The notes under the pieces are model-generated. The model saw only the letters and a list, made by a program, of their open reading frames with translations. It was not told the DNA's origin and made no database searches. The position numbers and the translations under genes are program-made. This document shows positions 24,820 through 36,672 of a stretch of DNA of 64,000 nucleotides, piece by piece (position 1 is the stretch's first letter; each line of letters starts with the position of its first letter). Source of the DNA: Paragordius varius (Eukaryota > Animalia > Nematomorpha); contig OZ176050.1 in NCBI GenBank assembly GCA_964247055.1, forward strand, positions 8,928,001 through 8,992,000, read 5' to 3'.

Positions 24820-25304
24820 CTATCGAATGAATATAAATCCATTTATTATCAGTTTTTCAATATATATAATTGTAATAATTGTTTGATTTATAATTTGAGC
24901 AATAGTTTCTGGATGTCAGAATATTTTTATTTATATATATATCATCAAAATGTTTATTTCTTTTTCTATATTGAATCTTTTTAGCATCAATATTCACGTT
25001 CATGTTAATTATTTTTTCTGTCAGTATCCCGGTTTGCCTAATATTTAGAAGATATATTATAATTAATATAATTACCTTGCTGGGGGCCCATATTTACTTG
25101 TATTAACTAATCAGCAAAATACAAGTTAAAAATATTAATTATTGGTTCAGTTATTTTAATCAAATTTGTAGGGCGATGATACCTTCCACATATATAGCAG
25201 AAAATGTCTTTACTATGTTATTAAACAATATATATATATATACCTGTATCCAAAGTAATGGGAATTTCATAATCTTGAAATTTTATTGGTTTTTTTAATC
25301 GCAT
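24820..25304 (-). pseudogene. Inverted, deleted and frameshifted copy of the 5' part of the transposase gene
   Basis: ATG at 25304 gives MRLKKPIKFQDYEIPITLDT. A deletion just before the FCYICG codons shifts the frame. A second deletion of ~430 bp joins intron 2 to sequence matching 23105-23210. A faint W.IFID-like remnant lies near 24830. Confidence 0.9.
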
Positions 25305-25858
25305 TTGAAAATTGCGCAATAATGTATTTATGAATCAATGATCAGCATATGATGAAAATTCAACAAAAATTGCAAAAATTTTTGAAAAAATAGAAATTTT
25401 TCTAGGGACTTAAAAAGATACATAGCCTTTATTATATATAGCAACTCTTTGGTATGTTATATATTAGTCATAAACTTAAATAATAAAAACAATATGGAGT
25501 TCTTACAAATAATTTTTTTATAATATATTTCGACAATTTCATGAAATTTTCGAATTTCTATTTTTGTGGAATAAAAAAAATTATTAGTACTTTAAAATTA
25601 TTATATGTATTTTTCTTAAGAACATATTAGGTTTTATATAATATATAAAAATTTTATAATGTTTGCTCGATAAGATTAAAAAATATGGACAAAAATTTAT
25701 TTCTAGTCAAAAATGAAAAAATGGAATATTTCCATTTTAGGGCGCGTTTTTGCCCCAAATTTTTTGGGGTCTTCTTTTCCAAGGGATTTCTGGAAGAACT
25801 ATCCGTCTCTAAAAATATTTATCACATGTGTAAAAAAGTATGTTCAACAATTTTTTGT

Positions 25859-27977
25859 ATGGCTAAGCGTGAAACAGTCGATCTTTTAAAAATAACTAAA
25901 AAATTAAAAACTTTTAGCAAAACCAAAAAATCATGCTCACTGCCAGAAGGTTTGACCGATAGTGAAATAGGTCTTACAGACTACTATGTCGAAAATGGGC
26001 TACAAAAAGTTTATCCATACTTTTATAAGTTTCATTCCTATTGCAAAGGTCGATGGATTGATAGAAAACTTTTGGATGTTTATCAAAATGAGTTTCGATT
26101 GTTTTCTTTGCAAGAATATGTATTAACTACTTAAATTTATAGATTGATAAAGCAGAAAACGGGTTTCTTACGGTAAATAACAAAAAAGTCTCTTTAGATT
26201 ATGTTCTTCAAAGTAATGACACACTTCAAAGCCTAGTCCACCGTCATGAAACACCCGTTCTTCCTATATCTCCCAAAATATTGGTTAACAACAACGATTA
26301 TGTTGTTGTAGATAAGCCATCCTCTATTCCAGTATCAAAATTTAATTATTTAGGTTCATCCCTGTGGGAATTTTCGATACAACTCATTGACCAGCATTTT
26401 AGCCAAAAATTATGATATTAATAACTTATATTCCATGCATAGGATAGATCGATTGACTTCCGGACTTGTAATTTTTGCCAAGAATATTAACGCATTTAAT
26501 AAAATTCAATCCAATATGTTGGCTAAAACTACACTCAAAGAATATCTATGCTTGGTCGAAGGGATTTTTCCAGAGTAATTATTGTTTTTTCGTAATTTTG
26601 GAGACATATAGGAAATTTAATATTATACTTTTAATAGGATAGTAAGTAAATAGTTTGTTTTCCATTAACAAGTTACCTATATGGTATGATGTTAAAATTG
26701 TTGTTCAAGAACACCAATTTGATGTGTACAAAATTTAACAATAGTTTTAAATTAAGGGATAGTTTTTAATGTGTTTGGCGGTTTTTTACTACTCGAGATG
26801 CTAATTATTGTTTTTTCCATCCAACGTCCTATTTTATTTTATAAGTAAAATCAATTACTTGTTTGCTATACCCACGCTTTACATGTCTATATTGATTTAT
26901 TTTAGGCATATGGTCACTTGTGATAAACGTTTAAAAATATTTTCTTTCAAAATTGGAATTTCAGCCGTTGTAAATAGCAATGAAGAGGATGATGACAAAA
27001 ATACCGTTGATACGGATGTTGAGAAACCACAGACAGGGAAAGACGCTAAAACCACATTCCAAAGGATAGCATTGGTAGCTTACATCAGGGATTCGAAAAA
27101 ATCTAGTCCATCAAACTCTTCAAATGCCATAGATGTCAAAATCTTTAGTTTAGTTAAATGTCAACCTTTGACTGGGAGGACACATCAAATACGAGTACAT
27201 GCACAATACTTGGGTCATCCTATCATTAATGATCCCTTGTATAATACCGTGTTGGGTTGGGGACCCGAAAAAGGTCGAAATGCTCAATATAATGGTAGAA
27301 CTATTAACCAAGTCGTAAGAGATTTGATTGTTAGTGGAAATTATGATTTACAGAGCAAATTACGTGGTAGTGATGGTCCTGAAACAACACCAGAAAATGG
27401 AAAAGATGTGGTTAATGTTAATTGTGATGAAATAAATGATGAAATTATAGAGAAACCTTTTTGGTATGAACCTTCATGTTATGAATGCAGATATGAAATT
27501 AAAAAACTCAGAAGCAAAGCCTGTGAAACTCCAAATAATGATAAAGTAAAAAAATCGGAATATCGATTTGAATATGAGTTACCCATGTATCTTCACTGTT
27601 TTCGTTATAGCGGGGATGATTGGACCTTTCAAACACAAATACCGACATGGGCAAACACACCAAACATAGGAAAGTTTGTTGACAAAATTCCTCAAGACCT
27701 AAAAAACGATAATCCTACCGACAATACTGAAGATACCGATATACCAGAAAATAAAAAGGAAAATTCTTGCTTTGAGCTTTTACATCCAAATTATACTCAT
27801 TATAATGCAATCATTGATGCTCTACAAAATAATAGGGATGCACTTAATTATAATGACACCCAATATGTTTATATTTATGATGACACTTTAAAATCAAAAA
27901 ATACCAAGAATGATATTGTGATTTACCCAGAAAATTATAACTCATTATTAAGACATTTATGCCATAAAAATCAATAA
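25859..27977 (+). CDS. RPUSD2: RluA-family RNA pseudouridine synthase, RPUSD2-like
   Basis: DYYVENGLQKVYPYFYKFHSYCKGRW, DKPSSIP|VHPCGNFRYNS, catalytic HRIDRLTSGLVIFAK and PLTGRTHQIRVH..LGHPIINDPLY. Introns 26120-26142, 26332-26353 and 26575-26905. An in-frame upstream ATG exists at 25685, inside the palindrome arm. Confidence 0.93.
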
Positions 27978-28472
27978 ATTTCTTCAAATTTGTTTAAAAT
28001 ATATGAAGCATTAATATACCATATTGTGCAAATTCAGGGTTTTATTTTAATTAACATTTGTGAGAAAATATGCAATTTTTTCGTTAATTGCTGGCAAATT
28101 ACATTTGAAATCTATTAGCTCTATATTTATATAAATGTATATATGCAATCGTTTTAAGATATGAACGTTTGGAAAATATATCTTGACCTATATTCTTAAT
28201 AATGGATTTGATCAAACATAGATGATTAAAAATTGTTTTATTAAAATGTCACACAAAACTAATATTTTTCAAGAATAAAGTTCATCGCTAAAAACGATAT
28301 ATCACAATTCAACTTTAATGGATCTTTTGATTGAATGCAAAAATGGTAAATATTATCAAATTTTAATTTTTTCCCCATATTTTTTCTGTGGTATTTTTAC
28401 CTCAATATGAATAAATAAATAAATATATTTATTTTATTTGCTATAATTGAGAATTTAAAGCTATATGCTTGA

Positions 28473-29471
28473 TTACAAGACTTCTAGGTCCACATGCCTC
28501 ATTTCAGGATGTTTTTTCTAAACAAAAATATAATTAACACCTCATGCAATTTAATAAGCATATTTTTAAATAAAATAACGGATGTAATTATAAATATAAA
28601 TCCATATATCTTAATTGTTTTCTTGTTAATGTATATCAAAAGTATGATTAAACTAACGGTATTACAAATAACTAAAACTTAAGTGTCACCCCTTAATCAT
28701 AAATAATATTTAAATACGCGATATAAAATAAATTAAATAAAATGGTGTAAAACCAAAATGATAACAAAATAAAATTTTATAATTTTTATGTCATTGTTTA
28801 ATTTAGTATCCTAATCATTTACAACATTTATTTTAATAGTGCCAATTGGCTGGTTTGATCATAAATGATTGGAAAAAAAATAAAAAAATGGTTTTGTAGT
28901 TTCTAATTTTTAATGGTGGCAGGAAACTAAATTCAAAATTTCATAACTATGTGTTTGAATTCACACATTTTTTTTCATGACTTTCAAGCTAGGGCTAGCG
29001 AGTGCAAAAGCTTTTATGTATACAGTAATAATTGCGATTTTTACTTTTATGAGACTAAACACGGTAAATTTTATAATTATTTAATAAGTTACTTTAAGGG
29101 TTTGTTCTATCCTATCTATTTCTGCACCAAGCAAATCGACAATATTTTCTCCATGCTTTAGCATAAAAGCTTCCACTTCCATCGTTTCTTTCATACTTTG
29201 CATTTCCTAATTAACCAAATATTGATGAAAAAATACTTAAAAAAATTAATGTTTATATTTATACTTATTAAAAAATATTACTTTTAACAGTGCCATAAGA
29301 TCTTGAGTGTCCAAATATGCAAGGCTAATTTCACGACCATCAATATCAACTTCCGCTTTAAATTTAACTAAATTGCCTCCCATTGTAGTGGCTTTGACAT
29401 CATGGACAGCCCTAAAAAATACATCAAGAGTGGAAAATCAATCATATAGTATTTAATGTTTAAACCGGTGA

Positions 29472-29510
<39 letters not shown>

Positions 29511-31672
29511 TACCAAATTGAAGGAATACACATATTAATAGGTTTATGCTAAACGCATTTTTTGAAAAACAATGTTGATAATTATTAATGCATAAATTTA
29601 GGGAACAATCTGAGTTCCGAACATCTAAGTTTAAAAATCGACGTTTTCAAAAAATTTCATTGTAGAATCAACATAACATACCTTACCATAACATCATTTT
29701 CTAATTCACGCACAATTTGTTGCTGAGATTTCAGAGGTATTGATCTAGGATAAAAAATGTGTGAAAGAAAGTTGTTTAAACACCTGTAATACTGAAAAAC
29801 ATTACGACTTTTTTATATATGCCATATAAAGTATAATATATTTCCCGTTATAAATATCTAAATATCTAAAAAGTTTTTAGGTCAGACGCCAAATATGTAA
29901 TTCAAATAAAAAAATAAATAAAAAATATGTTATCAATAACTACTTTCCAACCAGGGCAGTACTATTTGAGTATATGATGAAGCTGGCTACAACACCAAGT
30001 AATACACCTATTGAGAGTGATCCGATAGCATCATATATGGGTATAATGTTTGAGCTTATACTTTCCTGTCCCGCCTGGTCAACGACCATAGAGGCATTAT
30101 AATGATGTGAATGGAAATAATTGAGCGTTAAACACACAGATGCAATACTAACCCCTAAGACAGAGGCTAAATCCTCCAACAATAAAACATTTACGCTTGG
30201 GTCTTGTCCCGATAAAACTGTATGTAAAGTGTGGAATGGATATATAACATTTAATCAAAATTGAAAATCATATCATTTGTTTAAAAACAACATTCTTCCA
30301 CTAGTATTAACATTGACACTTAAAAACAACATCCATTAATATCCTTCAATCAAAAACAATATATATTCTGTGAAGGTTTATAAAACCGAAAATATTAAAT
30401 TAATAAATTGGTATTGTTTGTTAGTTTTCGATAATTATACATGTGTAAACTATTAATTAAGATTAAAATAAGGGTTTTTGAAGGATAACGTAATTTAAGA
30501 CAAAAAATATTAAGTTGAAAAAAATGGTTTTAAGTTAATTATGATAATTGTTAAAACCAAAGAATCATCCTAGTTTGATTTTTATTTAATTAAAACAGAA
30601 GAAATGATGAATGTTAACCATATTGCAGCACTGTTTTCCCATCTTTTAGAGCATTTCGACGCACAGATTTTAATGAAAGCAATAATGTTGCGCCTTCGGA
30701 AACAAATGAACATGCCAATATCATAAATACCTAAGGTATCATTTTTTAAAAATATAATTGTTCAATAACAAGCGAAAAATATTAATTTTAAATCCAATTT
30801 ACGCAGATTTAAAAATAAATAAAAGTCATATTTTGATAATACCCAATTTAGGCTTTCTACTGTATGAGGATCAAGAATGGCTGTTATTCCGTGATATATT
30901 GAAAGGCCACATCCAAAACAGAATATACCGACTCCACTTATGAGAGAAGAAACATATTTCATATTCATATATCCATAACTAAAAAATCAAGCATTTTCTT
31001 TAGTAATTTTTATATATTTTATTAGATAAATATTTCTTAATCTTGATAAAAAAATTCAAAAATAAATGATATAAAAAAATACGGGTGTATTGTATCTGCC
31101 TTTTTGTGGGATGCTTTGATACCAACAGCCAAAATTAACTAAATTACAACATAATTATATAATATATTTTCATCATTTCAAATATTCAAGTAATTGCACA
31201 TGACTAATAATAATTACCTGATTAACGGTATCTGCTAATGAATGTATAGCTTCAGCGAATAAACTGTGAGATCCTGTGTAAAAATATGCGATAGTTTTGC
31301 CCACAAAGTTGCAGAAATTTCTATATAAAAATATATATCAAATAGTTTTAAAAACGATTGCATCAATTAGATATGTAAATTATTTTTGTTTGCTAAAGTT
31401 TAAAGGTAAAAACTAAAATGTACAATTAAACAAATTTGATTGGTACTGATTTTATATACATCTAAATACAATAATAGTTCAGCGCAAAATATCCATTATT
31501 CCTTGTATATTTATAATTAGTCAGATGTACAGATAAAAGTTTTTAGGTTAATCTATATATATATATATGTGTGTGTGTGTAGAAACAATTAACAGTTATA
31601 TAATTTAAATATGTTATTATGTGTTTAGTTAACCACTATTTAAAATACATAACCATGAGATAATTTTCTAAC

Positions 31673-31716
<44 letters not shown>

Positions 31717-34342
31717 TTAAGCTTTCCTACATGCAAAACCTCAAAAAATATTTGATTTTACCATTATATGTTAGTAGCATACCAATAATATATAACACTG
31801 TTCGGCAAAAATGGGGCTAAAAAATAAAGGTTACTGAATCATATATCATTTGATAAAGTTTCAGTCTTAAAATGCTATATACCGTTAAAATACTTAAAAA
31901 AAGTTTTTTATATTTTTCGGTCATTAGCCAAAATTAAAAATCGCATTAAGATCTATCGATCTAATTTAGTGTTTTGGGAAATTTTTATCTAAAGCCGGTA
32001 TTGAAGGCCAAGGAGCCAAAAATATATAATCTAGATTTTGGGTAAGATGATAGATCTATTTATCTGCATCGAGAAAATGTGTTTATAATATATTGGATGA
32101 TTTCCATACACCTTTGGTGCAAATTATCGAAAAAAAAAATTTTAAGGTCTAAATTGTTTGAAGGCGATATATTGCGTTAACCTATTTATAGAGGTAATAT
32201 ACGATTGTTTTATAAAAATAAAATCTTTTACCGCGTATTAACAAGTTTTTATGATTCAAATTTGCATGCATTTTTTATATTCTTGTAAGGCTTTCTAGGA
32301 CACTCGGATAAAAAAAACTTTATTGATAATATTTTGCGTTTCTATTTTATATTTAAACAAATAAAGCGTTTTCATCTATTGCATTTAAATTTATTTGACC
32401 TAATATGCAATAAAAATGCGATTTTATGATGTTAGCTAATGACAGAAAAATTTAAATAACTTTTTTCCTAACATTTTAACCGTATATATCATTTCAAAAT
32501 TTATTATCCTGTATTTTTTAGCATCTAATGATATATAATTCATTACCATTTATTTTTTGCTAAACATCGTGTAATATGTAAATTATCCACTATTTTAGTG
32601 CATTATATAGAGTTTTAACTTTGACTGCGATGTAATGCGTTTTCCTTTAAATAAAATTAATATTAAGTGATGGTAAAAATTTTTATTCAAATTTTATCAT
32701 ATTCAGATAGATATTATTATTATATTAATGAAATAAAACCAATTATAACAGTTAATTTCATTTTTGTTGGGCTAGACTAAGTTACAACATATATTTTACA
32801 CATTTATGGTAAAAATAACTGCTTATGACCATGAATGACAGCATTTAACACCATTACCTTTTTAGGTAGTTTGATATCGCATAGCTTAGAATTTAATATG
32901 CTTTCTTTAGCCTTTTAAGCGCATTTACCAAATTTTTTTATTGAAAATGTAAACCATATCTGAAACTTTTTTGCCGCCAATTTTTTCCATAAATTTTTTA
33001 TATCGCTAATGCAACAGGCATATAGATGTATATTATGAGAAAATGCAAATAATAAACTTAAAAAAGTTTTCAGGCTACATTTTACCAGCAAAAACTTAAT
33101 ATATTTTGATTTTAATATCAGCTGTTGATTTCAATCGTATGGGGCTGTCCCAATTTTAGTCTCCAGAAGTCACAAACTGTAAAAAATATAATATATCTTA
33201 TAAAAACAATGTTTGATAATTTTATTTTGACAAAAATAACATTCAAAACTGTAGTTTATTACAAAATTGAGCTCTGGTATATAAAACTATATTCCAAAAG
33301 GTATACTAGGAAAAAAAAGTAAAAAGGTATTGAAGTGTAAACTGTCATACCGCTTATTATTTTTGACCGATCAAAATGTGAACTTTTTAAAATTATAAGT
33401 TAAGAAATTTTACGAATAAATAAGTTAATCTAAAAATGCCATTTAAGGAATAATTAAACTCACATTGTAACTGCGGTCCAAATGATAAAAGATGTATCCC
33501 TAAATCGAGAATATGGTAACGATACAGTAGGTTGGGCCGTAAGGAGAAGTGGACTAGACTAAAAATTTGACATTATAAATAAAATATTTACTGGTGGAAT
33601 TGTGGTTTGTCTTATGTCGGCAGATATGTTAGTGTAACGTTGTAAACCTATGATTCCCAAATACTTTTTAAAAGCACGTGATAATGATGGATATTCTACA
33701 TTTAATTAACTGAAATAAACTATTGAAATCAAATTCTTTTATTATGGTTTCTTCTCGGCGTTTTGCGTGCTCTTTTGCCAGTTTTTCCATACTCCCCCAA
33801 ATTTGTGTGGCTCTGAAATAAAAAAACTAATACCTTCGTTCAATGTCGGATCTCAAGTAAACATCAATTTTTCGATATTCATACGGGCTCCGCCTCTGAA
33901 ACACGGGTAAATCCTCTAAATCCCTTTGAAATATCAAAATAAAATATACTTTGGCTTCAGTAAATATTCGCTCATTGCTCGCACTGCAGTAAGAAAATTT
34001 CGATCTGTATAGGTTTGATTGTAGTCAATCGATTTTTTCCTCTTCATTTTTGGTAAAACAGAGTAATAATATAACTATATACCTTTTACGATTGCATCCA
34101 CCATTTTCGTAGTATCCGTTTTTTGATCTGAATAGTTGCATTGTTGTATATATTGAACGGTCCGTAAATGAACCTGGATTAAAAGTTTGGTGTTGTTAAT
34201 AATGTGCCTCTGTACTAAAAACATATGTTATTAGTAATGTACGATATCCGTATGGTAAAACAATAATATCGCAAAATTTAAATTATATTACTCTCTTTTT
34301 TAGACTATTTCGGTGTTTTTTTGATTTACCCTGCAAACTCAT
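28473..34342 (-). CDS. SLC30A9: Zinc transporter 9 (SLC30A9/ZnT9)
   Basis: NFLTAVRAMSEYLLKPKDLEDLP..RRSPYE..VYLRSDIERRATQIWGS, TGSHSLFAEAIHSLADTVNQ, YGYMNMKYVSSLISGVGIFCFGCGLSIYHG, LLEDLASVLGV, AVHDVKAT...FKAEVDIDG and terminal KHPEMRHVDLEVL*. The start codon and one 5' junction are inferred. Confidence 0.95.
31678..31714. repeat. (AT)n microsatellite
   Basis: Direct reading; SLC30A9 intron. Similar tracts lie at ~29478-29505, ~36639-36668, ~39639-39681 and ~41787-41808. Confidence 0.9.
31796..33337. mobile_element. Possible ~1.5 kb degenerate DNA transposon filling the large SLC30A9 intron
   Basis: taa|CACT...AGTG|taa ends with only a 4 bp terminal match; contains a repeat family Y copy at 33045-33185. 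Boundaries are weakly supported. Confidence 0.3.
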
Positions 34343-34728
34343 AACTAAATTCCACGGTGCCCACAAAAAATGACCAAATATATATTCCAATATATATATA
34401 TAGCAGGGTTTTCATGGTGCGCATAATTTTGTCCTTATGAGAGTTATAAAAAAATATTTACAATTTTGGGATAATTATTTCAAATCAATGAATTGTCCAC
34501 ATTTTTAATTTTAAGGTAAAATCTAAAAACTTTTTTCCAAAATATATTAACATTCATTACAGTTTTATTTATTTGTACCGATGATTTGTGGTACTTTTAT
34601 ATCACAGGGCCATTAAGCATGTTTATAAACTGCTAATTTGAAAGTTTTTTTGGTTTAAACTTAATAGCAAACATTGGTCTCCTTGGATAAAAAGTTTATA
34701 TTTTTTAAAAGATTCTTAACTTCTATAT

Positions 34729-34790
34729 CAGGGCTGTCCAACGTACGGCCCTCCAAGACTTTATGTGAGGCCAGAAAAAATTTAAATCCG
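34729..34790 (+). mobile_element. Solitary hAT-type left terminus
   Basis: cagggctgtccaacgtacggccc resembles the TIR at 60222; no partner end was found. Confidence 0.45.
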
Positions 34791-35145
34791 TAATTTGCAA
34801 CAATATGCTCATTTAATCATAAAAATATCAATTTTTCTCAAATAAATATCCAGAATAAGTCTAAACTTTTTTTCGCAACGATCTGAAAATGTGATGTTGT
34901 GTTTGCATTTTACAGTCTTATGTTCAAAATCTGAAACCGGAAGCCTAACATATATTTTTTAAAGTAAAGTATTCTTTAAATATAAATTCGCGGTTTAGCC
35001 TCTCTAAATCATTTGGAAGTTGTGGAAGTAGTGTTTTAATATTAAATGATTTAAATTTAACATCAAAATATAATGCTTTAGCAAAATCTTTTTTATTCTC
35101 ATTAAAAATCAATTTGATATCGTTAGGAACATATATATAAAAGTA

Positions 35146-36537
35146 CTAGCATAAATCTCGTGCGGCTACGCAACCAGAAGAAGTCCTTTGGACTTCTGGG
35201 GGAGGCTATTTGAAAAAAGGGACAATTAAATGATCCATATAGGTGGATTATTTCGAAACATTATTTACTAGGTATGATCTCACAGGATAAAACGTTGCAT
35301 TCATACTAATATTGTTTACTGATGTAAAGGCCCCAAATTGACGGCTAACGAAAAAAACCGCTATACTATAATTTTTATCTTTTTATGGGTAATATTAACA
35401 GCCTTTATTGAACTCGTATGGCTTCTTAGGTTTTTTAAATTCTCCAGAGCCACGCCATTGTATGGCGTTGCAGTTTTAAACCGGCAGACCCCTACTCATA
35501 GGCCTATATGGAAAAAGCAAAGCGCTAAGTTAAATTTTTTGCCTTTATAGGGAAAGTATTTGGAATCATCTTTGAGACGATCGTCTCATGGGTTATACGA
35601 AAAAATACATCAACACTAAATGATCGTTAAATGATGGCGTATTTTTAGGGAATAAAGGCCCCAAAATAGCGGCTAATAAAAAAGGCCTGACCTTGACTTT
35701 AAATGAGCTCATATGGCATAAGTTTTCTTTAAAATAGTTCCAAAACAAAGTAATTCTATATAGTGGCGCAGTTTTTGGCGGTTAGCTTACTTAGGGCTGA
35801 TACAAAAAAGCACTTGATTAAAATTTTTGCCTTTTTACGGAGAATATCTGGAATCCTTATTATTCCATATGCTCTTATTTTTTTGGAAAATTGCCTCAAA
35901 ATTAAAAAATCATTCTATGGTGACGCATTTTATAGGGCGTGAAGGGCCTAATTACCGGTTATTTTAAAAAACCGCATAAATTTTTGCCTTGTTACGGGTA
36001 ATGGTTTAAGCAGCTATTGAACTCATATGGCCGGATAGGTTTTCTGAAACTTAGCCCCAAAGGCACGCTATTTTGATATAACGGGTCATTTTTTAGCGGG
36101 TATCTCCTTTTTAACATACCTGGAATTTCTAATGAATTTTTACGGTCTCATACTTTGGAAAAATAGATTCAAAAAATTATTTTTGTGGACTTAATTTTTT
36201 GAAAGTGGCATTTTACGGGAGGGGCGGGTAAAAAGAGGGCCTAAATTAAAAAAGCGGCCGGATGTTCGGCGCAATCGAAAATAACTAAAAAAATCATATT
36301 ATCGAATGCTCCAACACGTTTTCCGGAAAATTGTCTCACACGATTTTTGTGGACTTTTTTTTAAAAAAAGGGTTTTTAACACGGGGTAGGCCCGAACTGG
36401 GGACCTAATTCAAAAAAGGGCCTATTGTCGGGGCATTCATTAATGATTTTATTTTTTCATTTGGATTTGAATGGGTCTACCGGTTTTCCGGAAATAGATC
36501 ACAAAGCCAGCATTTTCCATTTTTATAAATATATAGA
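35146..36537 (-). mobile_element. Full-length non-autonomous Helitron (1392 bp)
   Basis: Minus strand has a 5' TC terminus preceded by A and a 3' CTAG followed by T. A tgcg-tagc-cgca hairpin lies 11 nt before the CTAG, and there is no TSD. The body is colinear with 17160-18812 and 48055-48558. Confidence 0.88.
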
Positions 36538-36636
36538 TTATCTCTTATCTTCTATTTATGAAAACTTACTTATTTATTTTAGCGAGGCTTTAAGGTGCAA
36601 TAGTCTACATTAAATATAAACAAATGATGTGTTTCG

Positions 36637-36672
<36 letters not shown>

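Larger units (their letters stand above)
21895..25791. repeat. Long imperfect palindrome: arm 21895-~22640 versus inverted arm ~25075-25791; more diverged similarity continues to ~24820
   Basis: Base-by-base comparison gave 4 substitutions and one 3-nt indel over 21895-22445 versus 25791-25244. Identity falls further inward, with deletions in the right arm. Confidence 0.97.

Noticed and set aside
34357-34368. 12-mer ttgtgggcaccg shared between the region upstream of SLC30A9 (minus strand) and ~49034, upstream of PICALM
   Set aside because: Only two occurrences at very different distances from the start codons; compatible with chance.
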